This document shows positions 38,787 through 46,507 of a DNA stretch of 64,000 nucleotides, piece by piece. How positions within the stretch are numbered: the first letter of the stretch is position 1; the number at the start of each line of letters is the position of its first letter. The DNA is from an uncultured bacterium (GTDB lineage: Bacteria; Patescibacteriota; Minisyncoccia; Phycocordibacterales; UBA6065). The translations under genes and the position numbers were made by a program. The notes below the pieces were generated by a model. That model had not been told where the DNA came from. It saw only the letters and a program-made list of their open reading frames with translations, and made no database searches. The stretch is taken from contig CAWJEP010000005.1 of the NCBI GenBank assembly GCA_963841935.1, forward strand, positions 164,003 through 228,002, written 5' to 3'.

Positions 38787-40481
38787 TTATAGCAAAACCG
38801 CTTTGATACGGCGCACGCCGGCGCTGACGGCTTCTTCTTTTTGGATTTTAAAAACTCCGAGTTCCGAAGTGTTTTTGACGTGAGGACCGCCGCAGAATTC
38901 TTTCGAATACGCATGGTCGAGAGAATCTCCAACGTAATAAATACTGACGTCGTCGCCGTATTTGTCGCCGAAAGCGTGGTAAGCGCCAGTCTTCTTCGCT
39001 TCCGTTTTTTTCATTACGACTTTACCGACCGGCAGAGCGGCTTTTATTTTTTCGTTGACGATATCTTCAACTTTTTTCTTTTCCTCGTCCGTCATCTTGC
39101 GCGGAAATGTGAAATCGAAACGCAAACGCTCCGGCGTGATATTACTTCCTTTCTGGGTAATTTCCGTTTTCAAAACATCGTGAAGCGCTTGGTGCAAAAG
39201 ATGCGTGGCCGTGTGATAACGCACGGATATTTCCGACGTGTCGCCGAGACCGCCTTTAAACATTCCCTCGGAGGACGTGCGCGAAAGTTCCTGATGGTTT
39301 TTCATTTTCTTATTGAAATCGTCCATATCGACGACGCCCAACTCCTTCGTGAGTTCTACGGGAAAACCGTATGTCGTCCAGAGAACAAAAGCGTCCGTGC
39401 CTTTTTCGAGTTCCCTTTTTCCTTCCGCGAGCGTCACCGAGAATTTTCCTTCTTCTTCTTTGAATACGGCGGGGATTTTCTCTTCTTTCAGATTCGGATA
39501 GATTTTTGAATATTCGTTCGCGTACCATTTTATGATTTGAGACCCCAAATTTTCATGTCCGGAAGTATTCATGCTCATTCTAAAAATCGCCCGACGCAGA
39601 AGTCGGCGCAAGACGTATCCCTGGTCTTTGTTGCTAGGCAAAACTCCGTCGGCAATGAGAAACGTCGCCGTGCGCATATGGTCGGCGACGATTCTGGCGC
39701 TCTCATCGCTCCAATTTTTACCATTCTTTTTTATTAAATCGATGACGGACGCGAAGAGGTCCGTCTCAAAAACATTTTTTTTGTTTTGCACGGTGGCGAG
39801 CAGGCGTTCAAAACCCATACCGGTGTCGATGCCGAGGGTCGGAAGTTTTTCAAACCTCGCTTCGCCGTTATCGAGCATTTCTCGCGAGCCATCGCAAAAA
39901 TATTCGTTGAAAACAATATTCCAAATTTCCACATCTTTGCCGTCGGCATTCTTGCAGTATATTTCCGTCGTCGGACCGCACGGACCGCTTTCCCCCGTCG
40001 GCCCCCAGAAGACGTCGCTTCCCTCTTCGCGAATATCTTTGACGCTCAATTTCTCCCAAATCATTTTCGATTCGTCGTCGCGCGGAACGTTGGCGTTGCC
40101 TCTGAAAAAAGTCACATAAGAAATCGGCAAAGCGAGTTCCTTCATAATAAATTCGTGAGCGTATTTTATCGCCTCTTCCCTGCCGTATCCGCCGAAAGAA
40201 AAATTGCCGAGCATTTCGAAAAAAGTCAGGTGCGTGGCGTCACCGACTTCGTCGATGTCGGATGTGCGCACGCATTTCTGCACCGTGGTCGTGTTTTTCG
40301 AACCGAAATCTTTCAGGGCGTTTCTGTCGCCCGTATAATATGTTTTAAACTGCTGCATTCCCGCCGTGGTAAAAAGCACCGACGGGTCGCTTTCCGGCAA
40401 GAGTGAAGACGACGGAATGATAACGTGTCCGCGTTTTTTGAAAAATTCGAGAAATTTATTACGCAGTTCCGTTGAAGTCAT
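38787..40481 (-). CDS. alaS: Alanyl-tRNA synthetase (no C-Ala domain)
   Basis: FTTAGMQ, FFEMLGNFS, DTGMGFER, HTATH, CGGPHV; ends at RRIKAVLL. Confidence 0.96.
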   Translation of the reverse strand: MTSTELRNKFLEFFKKRGHVIIPSSSLLPESDPSVLFTTAGMQQFKTYYTGDRNALKDFGSKNTTTVQKCVRTSDIDEVGDATHLTFFEMLGNFSFGGYGREEAIKYAHEFIMKELALPISYVTFFRGNANVPRDDESKMIWEKLSVKDIREEGSDVFWGPTGESGPCGPTTEIYCKNADGKDVEIWNIVFNEYFCDGSREMLDNGEARFEKLPTLGIDTGMGFERLLATVQNKKNVFETDLFASVIDLIKKNGKNWSDESARIVADHMRTATFLIADGVLPSNKDQGYVLRRLLRRAIFRMSMNTSGHENLGSQIIKWYANEYSKIYPNLKEEKIPAVFKEEEGKFSVTLAEGKRELEKGTDAFVLWTTYGFPVELTKELGVVDMDDFNKKMKNHQELSRTSSEGMFKGGLGDTSEISVRYHTATHLLHQALHDVLKTEITQKGSNITPERLRFDFTFPRKMTDEEKKKVEDIVNEKIKAALPVGKVVMKKTEAKKTGAYHAFGDKYGDDVSIYYVGDSLDHAYSKEFCGGPHVKNTSELGVFKIQKEEAVSAGVRRIKAVLL

Positions 40482-40510
40482 ATTGAAAATCTAACACAGA
40501 ACGAGAAGAT

Positions 40511-41104
40511 TTATAAGTATTTCTTTATGGCTTTAAAATCCTCTTTCATCACGTCGCGAAGCGAACCGTTGTATAAAGCGGCGGCCGGATGATATAGGGC
40601 AATGACCGTGACGGCGCCATACGGCGCTTTGCCCGTGTAGGCGTTGCCGTGGATTTTTGAAACTGAAGCCAAGGCGGTCGACAGTCCGTATTTTTCGAAA
40701 ACATATTTCATCGAATGACGTCCGAGAGTGGCTATGACTTTCGGCTGAATGATTTCTATCTGTCTATCGAGAAATGGGCCATAGAGGGCAATCTCCGGCG
40801 GTTCGGGGTCGCGATTTTCCGGCGGACGGTCTTTGACCAGATTCGTGACATAGACACTTCTTCTGTCGATGCCGATAGACGCTAGAAGTTCATCGAGAAA
40901 CTTGCCGGATGCCCCGCAGAAAGGCCGAGCCGTTTTGGCTTCGTTTAATCCCGGCGCTTCGCCAACGAATATTATTTTCGCGTCATGACTGCCCTCGCCT
41001 ATTACCGGAAAATATTTATTTTCCACGCGGTAAGCGTAAAGCGGAGACTCCTTCAAAACTATCACCTCGTCGCGGATTTTTTTCAGTTCTTCGGTTTTGT
41101 TCAT
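40511..41104 (-). CDS. Uracil-DNA glycosylase, family 4-like
   Basis: GEAPG, RPPENRDP, YHPAAALY. Confidence 0.9.
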   Translation of the reverse strand: MNKTEELKKIRDEVIVLKESPLYAYRVENKYFPVIGEGSHDAKIIFVGEAPGLNEAKTARPFCGASGKFLDELLASIGIDRRSVYVTNLVKDRPPENRDPEPPEIALYGPFLDRQIEIIQPKVIATLGRHSMKYVFEKYGLSTALASVSKIHGNAYTGKAPYGAVTVIALYHPAAALYNGSLRDVMKEDFKAIKKYL

Positions 41105-41364
41105 ACGGCTTTTTCCTTTTTTAGAATCTCCGCTTTACTTTTTCCACGCAAACCGTTGTAACCGCCGACTTTCCCGTCGCTTCTGATGACGCGATGGCAA
41201 GGAATATTTTTGTCGGAATTTTTGCTCAAAATCATGCCGACGGAGCGCGCCGCGCCGGACTTACCGGCGCGGCGCGCCACTTCTTTGTACGTCAAAACTT
41301 TTCCTTTTGGAATTAAAGCGACTATTGCCAAAACTTTCTTGGAAAAATCAGAATAACGTTTCAT
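41101..41364 (-). CDS. O6-alkylguanine DNA alkyltransferase (MGMT) C-terminal domain protein
   Basis: IPKGKVLTY, ARSVG, PCHRV active site. Confidence 0.9.
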   Translation of the reverse strand: MKRYSDFSKKVLAIVALIPKGKVLTYKEVARRAGKSGAARSVGMILSKNSDKNIPCHRVIRSDGKVGGYNGLRGKSKAEILKKEKAV

Positions 41365-42190
41365 TTAAAGGTTTTTCCTCGCTATTTTTTTTCGGTTTGT
41401 TGAGCTTTGCAAGCCTTGAAACTTTTGTCGACGGCTTTGCCGGTGCGACTGCGTCGAGAACCATTTTTCTGTAAGCGCAAAACTCGCATTCACGCGACGG
41501 CTCAGGCAATTCTTTCGAATCCAAGCATTTTTTGATTTCAAAAATCGTTTTCTCCACCCACGCGTCGCTACCTTTGTGGGCGATGAGGGTAATGTCAAAT
41601 TCCAACTTGCCTTCGAAAGCTTCTTTGTCTTTTTTGCCGTTGACATAGACGAAATATCCCGTGTCGGAAACTTTGAAACCGTTGCGGCGCAAAAGCCATT
41701 GATAGATTTCCATTTGGCGCTTGTATTGCGCGTCCCAACCGGAATCCGCGAGCGATTCCACTGCGGTATCTTTTGAAGTGGCTTTGTAATCAACGACGAT
41801 AAACTCGCCGTCTTTGTTGACCCAAATATCGTCTATGGCGCCGGAAATAGTCAGCCCCGTCGGCTTATGGAAAAATTCTATGCCTTTGAAATTCTCCCGC
41901 CAGACATTTAAAAGTTCGTGCGATAGCGGCACGGCGTCGACGCCGTATTTTTTCATCAAAGGGTGTGCCGTACCTGCCGCGCGATGAATGTCGAATTCTT
42001 TTTTCAAAAGAGCGTCGACGGCTAGGTTTAATGTGAATGCCGGCGGACGCGGACGAGCGACGCCCAATTTGTTGTCCAAATAGAAACATCTCCGACATTC
42101 GGTAAAAAGGTCTACCTTGGAGCGCGACAAACGAAACTTCGAACCGCCGTAATTCCAGTCCTTGCTTCTGGCTTCTCCCCTGATTTTCAT
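41348..42190 (-). CDS. PD-(D/E)XK nuclease superfamily protein (RecB/Cas4-like)
   Basis: GAIDD, VVDYKAT, QMEIY; CxxC pairs at both ends. Confidence 0.85.
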   Translation of the reverse strand: MKIRGEARSKDWNYGGSKFRLSRSKVDLFTECRRCFYLDNKLGVARPRPPAFTLNLAVDALLKKEFDIHRAAGTAHPLMKKYGVDAVPLSHELLNVWRENFKGIEFFHKPTGLTISGAIDDIWVNKDGEFIVVDYKATSKDTAVESLADSGWDAQYKRQMEIYQWLLRRNGFKVSDTGYFVYVNGKKDKEAFEGKLEFDITLIAHKGSDAWVEKTIFEIKKCLDSKELPEPSRECEFCAYRKMVLDAVAPAKPSTKVSRLAKLNKPKKNSEEKPLNETLF

Positions 42191-43023
42191 GCGACGCCGC
42201 AAATTAATTCCGCGTCCTCACCAATGATTTTCGCCTCGTCTTCGGAAATGCCCAGAGAAACGAGTGAATCTTTTTTCGCCAATATGTCTTTACACAATAC
42301 CAAGCCGTTCGATATGAGAATGCGGCGATTGCTTTCTGAAAGATTCGGGATGGATGTCACCGGATGTAGGCCAGCGTCTTCAATCATATGCTCGAGGTTG
42401 CCCTGCGCAGGATAGTTCCAGCCGACGAGGCGCAGTCCCTCGCAAGCGGCGTAGGCGATGGCTTTGTCGGTAAATTTAGTGTTGGTCACGAGAATACCTT
42501 GCGTCAATTTTCTGATTTTTCCGCCGAAATCAAATTGCGAGAGCGATAAGTCGTCGGTGCGGGCTTTGACGTAAAGCGCCACCTTCAAATCTGATTTTAT
42601 TCCTATTTCGTTGTGGAATTTCGCCTCAACCATAATGAGCTCTTCGCCTTTCCAAGCGACGACGTCGACTTCATGCTCGACGCATTTGCCGCGAACGATT
42701 TGATCTGTCACCGCTTCGTAGCCACGAGCGCGGAAAAGGTCGGCGACGAATTTTTCAAAAGGATAACCCGCCGGACCTAAATCCAGGATGGCCCGGCGCA
42801 AAGAATATTTATGCGCCGCCGGACGGGAATCCCTAGACAGAAGGTCAAAGGCATGAGTGTAGATTTCCGAAGTGGTCATGCCTTCTTTGAGTTCGCTCTC
42901 CACGTGGTCGGCGATTTTTTTTGTCATTTCTCTGTCGGCGCCGGTGCGAATCAAGGAGGATTCCAGTTTTTTGCGATTAAAAGTTTCTTTGGTGCCGTCG
43001 GCTTTGACGATTTCTATACTCAT
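42187..43023 (-). CDS. ATP-cone plus Mrr-like restriction endonuclease domain protein
   Basis: IVKADG..E.F...KL ATP cone; FEKFV...EVDV...VEAKFH nuclease motif; TNTKFT. Confidence 0.85.
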   Translation of the reverse strand: MSIEIVKADGTKETFNRKKLESSLIRTGADREMTKKIADHVESELKEGMTTSEIYTHAFDLLSRDSRPAAHKYSLRRAILDLGPAGYPFEKFVADLFRARGYEAVTDQIVRGKCVEHEVDVVAWKGEELIMVEAKFHNEIGIKSDLKVALYVKARTDDLSLSQFDFGGKIRKLTQGILVTNTKFTDKAIAYAACEGLRLVGWNYPAQGNLEHMIEDAGLHPVTSIPNLSESNRRILISNGLVLCKDILAKKDSLVSLGISEDEAKIIGEDAELICGVA

Positions 43024-43045
43024 ACCGAAAGTATATCAAATTATT

Positions 43046-44083
43046 TCATTCGATAATTCCCCCGCCTAGACATTCGTCTCCATCGTATAAGACGAGCGAT
43101 TGGCCGGAAGCGACAACGACGGGCCCATCGAACATGATTTTGTTTGAATCAAAAGTGGCGGGCGCGCGGACGCCCCGATGGCGGACGCGCGCCGTATATC
43201 CCTTGCCCGCTTGTGGCTTATCGGCAATCCAATTTACATCGGAAATCTCTACTTCCCTGCGAGCAGCGGAATTTTCTTTTTTGTGTCCGACAGTAATCGT
43301 GTTTTTTTTCATATCTTTGGCGATGACGAAATATGGCTCGTCATGGGGAGTTTTTTCCGTGACCGTAAATCCGTGCCTCTCTCCTATCGTAAAGAAAAGA
43401 GCGCCAGGATGATTTCCTATGACTCTCTTTTTGTCATCAATCACCTTCCCTTCTCTTTGCGGCGCGTACTGCGCCAAAAAATCTTTTACTTCGACCGGAC
43501 CGACGAAACAGAGTCCCTGACTGTCTTTCCTTTCGGCGTTGGGTAACTTAAATTTTTTCGCCAAACGCCTGACTTCAGATTTTTCCAAATCGCCAACGGG
43601 AAAAAGCGTTTTCGATAACTGTTTTTGCTTGAGTGTCCAAAGAAAATAACTCTGGTCTTTGTTTTCGTCTTTGCCCGCGAGCATTTTGAAAACACCGTTT
43701 TCTTTTTTTGTCCGCGCGTAATGCCCCGTGGCGACAAAGTCCGCGCCTTCTTTTACCGCCCAATCGAAAAATATTCCGAATTTTATGTGTTTGTTGCAAA
43801 AAACGTCCGGGTTCGGCGTACGACCGATTTTGTATTCGCGAATCATGTAATCCACGACTTCTTTTTTATATTCATTCGTCAAATCGATTTCTTTATACGT
43901 AATTTCCAGATGCGCCGCTACCCTCATGGCATCGAGTCTGTCTTCGCGCGACGTGCAGAAAAGCCACTCCGGACTCCAGATTTTTATGAAAACCCCAACG
44001 ACATCGTATCCGCCATTCTTGAGTAGGGCGGCGGAAACGGCGCTGTCAACGCCGCCGGAAAGGCCAACAAAAACTTTTTTCAT
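43046..44083 (-). CDS. mnmA: tRNA 2-thiouridylase MnmA
   Basis: SGGVDS, TPNPDVFCN, ATGHY, KDQSYFL, DSQGLCF. Confidence 0.96.
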   Translation of the reverse strand: MKKVFVGLSGGVDSAVSAALLKNGGYDVVGVFIKIWSPEWLFCTSREDRLDAMRVAAHLEITYKEIDLTNEYKKEVVDYMIREYKIGRTPNPDVFCNKHIKFGIFFDWAVKEGADFVATGHYARTKKENGVFKMLAGKDENKDQSYFLWTLKQKQLSKTLFPVGDLEKSEVRRLAKKFKLPNAERKDSQGLCFVGPVEVKDFLAQYAPQREGKVIDDKKRVIGNHPGALFFTIGERHGFTVTEKTPHDEPYFVIAKDMKKNTITVGHKKENSAARREVEISDVNWIADKPQAGKGYTARVRHRGVRAPATFDSNKIMFDGPVVVASGQSLVLYDGDECLGGGIIE

Positions 44084-44105
44084 AGGACGATAATAAACAA
44101 GAAAG

Positions 44106-45365
44106 TTAAATGGGCAAATTCGCCGGAGCGTCGGCGCGCTTTGAAGGAATGCGCTCCAATGTCGGCGTGGCGGCGACGGAGCCGGGGAAATGATAGACGG
44201 TCGCCAGTTCTTCGGTGTTGAGAACGAGCGCCTTGCTCAAATATGGCGGCATGAAATAAATCCTGCGCCGGTACGCTTTGAGGACTTTTTTAGACAAATA
44301 ATCTCGACGGATATTTTTGTAATCTTGCCACGGAAAACCGAACTGCGCGTGCCATTTGTCTCCGTTCGGCCGAAAACCATTCAGATTTTCCGTGTTGAAA
44401 TGCTTGAAGAAAGAAATGATTCCGCCTATGCCGAACGGCGTGTCGAAAGTGTCTTTGGCCGCGATGTAAACCGCGCGGATACCGACGTCAAAAGCCGGCT
44501 TGGTAATGCTGCGGCTCAAAGCGTCCAACAGGTCCTTGTCCGCCGGAGACATGGTCGGCATTTTCGAAAAACCGGATTCTTCGTCCAAAATTCCGGAAAC
44601 TTTAGTTACCGGATTGCGTTTCATTATCTCGTTCATGAGCTTTTCCGCGCCGTCTTTCCATAAATCGGTTTTCTTAAACATGTGTCCGGGGGCTTTCTGG
44701 TCTTTTTTGTGGGCGCGAACTATAAGCTGAATCCAAACTTGCTGGTCCGCCCTGACGCTTCCGAGCCACTCGAGTCCAGGCGTAAGTGGATCCACTTTGA
44801 ACTCTTCTTTGGGGTCTTTGTCGAGGCCGTAATCGACGTAAGTCCTTATCGGGTAGGCGTCGTCTTTGGTGAAACTCATCTCGCAACTCCAGATTTTTAC
44901 TTTTTCCGGGTCGAAATGAACGGAGCGCGCGTAATCGTCGACTTCCTGGACGGAAATATTCGGGAATTGAGAATATAGCGCGCTGATGAGACCGGCCTTG
45001 CGCCTGTCTTCGGTCCAAATCATAAATTTCACGACGCCGCCGAAAGAAACCATTTCCAAGGAATACCAAGGGCGCATTTCGCCGTTGATGTATTGCGCGT
45101 ACCAATTGCCGTCGGCGGTGTTGTGAATGGCGTTTAACACAAGTTCCATGGCAAGCGGCGATTTTAACGTCTCTTGAGGAAGTTTAATTTCCAAAACCGT
45201 CTTGGGAACTTCAATCATCCACTTGAGCCGGATGTATCTCACCCACAAATCCCAGGCCAAGGTCATGGAAATCAAAGGCACCCAGATAGGCGCGAGAAAC
45301 GAAAGCCACGCGGACGACTGCGGTAAAACGGAGGTGGAAACAAAGTTTTGAACAGCGGCTAGCAC
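44106..45365 (-). CDS. Conserved membrane-anchored hypothetical protein
   Basis: N-terminal TM; LEIKLP, SLEM, YPIRTY, LNTEELATVYHFP, PANLP. Confidence 0.7.
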   Translation of the reverse strand: MLAAVQNFVSTSVLPQSSAWLSFLAPIWVPLISMTLAWDLWVRYIRLKWMIEVPKTVLEIKLPQETLKSPLAMELVLNAIHNTADGNWYAQYINGEMRPWYSLEMVSFGGVVKFMIWTEDRRKAGLISALYSQFPNISVQEVDDYARSVHFDPEKVKIWSCEMSFTKDDAYPIRTYVDYGLDKDPKEEFKVDPLTPGLEWLGSVRADQQVWIQLIVRAHKKDQKAPGHMFKKTDLWKDGAEKLMNEIMKRNPVTKVSGILDEESGFSKMPTMSPADKDLLDALSRSITKPAFDVGIRAVYIAAKDTFDTPFGIGGIISFFKHFNTENLNGFRPNGDKWHAQFGFPWQDYKNIRRDYLSKKVLKAYRRRIYFMPPYLSKALVLNTEELATVYHFPGSVAATPTLERIPSKRADAPANLPI

Positions 45366-45372
45366 CTAAAAA

Positions 45373-46404
45373 TTATACCACATGGTATTTTCCGTCTTTG
45401 TCTTTCTTGAAATATTTAGGATTCTGGAGATTGACCGTGATGGTGTTCTCTTTGACGTAGCGCTCTTTGAGAACTTTGTCGATAACTTCTTTTTTGGTAA
45501 GCGGACCGTTTTTTTCTATGACCGATTTCACGACGTCTTTGACCACGCCCGGAACGTATCCCCATTCGGAGAGAGCGTAGAGACCGCGACCGACGAGGAC
45601 AAAACGTTTGTCTTTGATGAGCTCGTTGTGAGTCGTCGCCACGTGAGCTTTCTTGTTGAAAAGCTTTTCAATTTGCTTGGCCACTTCGCTAAAATGAATC
45701 GGAGAGCCGTGCTTGCGAACCACGAGAAAAGCGTAATCCTTGATGCCTCGGGCCTTAATATTCGGAGATTTTGCTATGCCCCATTCGCCGAGAGGATTCT
45801 TGCCTACTTGTTTGGAAAGTCCGAGCCAACGTTTGAGAATTTCCTGGTCTTTATAATTTTCGTTGAGACCTTCGAGGTGTTTGAGGAACGATTCGATGAA
45901 TTCCGATTCCGGAATAATGTCTTCGTCTTTGAGACTCTTATAAATCTTGCGTAGAGCTTCTTCGATTCTCTTGGCGTGAGTGTCGTCTAGATGCCAACGA
46001 TGGGTGAATTCATCGTCCTCTTTCTGACGCTTGAAAGCCCGACCGAGAATGAGAAGGAAATAAATATGATTTTGGACGCTTTCGTCTTTTGAAACGCTGT
46101 CGAGCAAGTCTTCCTCGGCGATGATGCCGCCGAGAGCTTCCAAATGCTTTTCGAGTTCGGCAAATGCCGCCGAAGCGTCGGTGTATTCCTTGGATTTTTG
46201 AATGTTGGCGATAGCGTAGTTTTCGATTTGGCGAACGCGTTCACGAGTGATGCCGTAGCCCTTGCCGATGGCATCCAGTGTCATTTTTTCCGCGGAGGCG
46301 CCCAAGCCGTAACGCTTGGTGATGACGTCTTTGGCGCGGACAGGCAGGGCCTTGAGAAGGTTCTTGACCACTTGTTTCGGTTTGAATGAGAGAGTCGTTG
46401 TCAT
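45373..46404 (-). CDS. Sigma70 region-4-like HTH protein with C-terminal winged-helix repeats
   Basis: RYGL...TLDAIG..YGITRERVRQIE and HNELI...FVLVGRGLYAL; no sigma region 2. Confidence 0.8.
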   Translation of the reverse strand: MTTTLSFKPKQVVKNLLKALPVRAKDVITKRYGLGASAEKMTLDAIGKGYGITRERVRQIENYAIANIQKSKEYTDASAAFAELEKHLEALGGIIAEEDLLDSVSKDESVQNHIYFLLILGRAFKRQKEDDEFTHRWHLDDTHAKRIEEALRKIYKSLKDEDIIPESEFIESFLKHLEGLNENYKDQEILKRWLGLSKQVGKNPLGEWGIAKSPNIKARGIKDYAFLVVRKHGSPIHFSEVAKQIEKLFNKKAHVATTHNELIKDKRFVLVGRGLYALSEWGYVPGVVKDVVKSVIEKNGPLTKKEVIDKVLKERYVKENTITVNLQNPKYFKKDKDGKYHVV

Positions 46405-46464
46405 ATAAATACTGGATAATTTCTAATAAATAACGCTAATCGCCAAATACTTGATACAAAGTCA

Positions 46465-46505
46465 ATCTTATGCGCTATTGGTTTTTTGTCAAGATAATGT
46501 CAAGA
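46465..46505 (-). promoter_or_regulatory. Candidate promoter with a duplicated -35 hexamer
   Basis: Minus-strand TTGACA at 46487-46492 and 46498-46503; TAAGAT at 46465-46470 (16-nt spacer). Confidence 0.45.
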
Positions 46506-46507
46506 GT

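Noticed and set aside
41348-42190. cas4 of a CRISPR-Cas system
   Set aside because: No cas1, cas2 or array nearby, and the cysteine pattern differs from the Cas4 1+3 arrangement.
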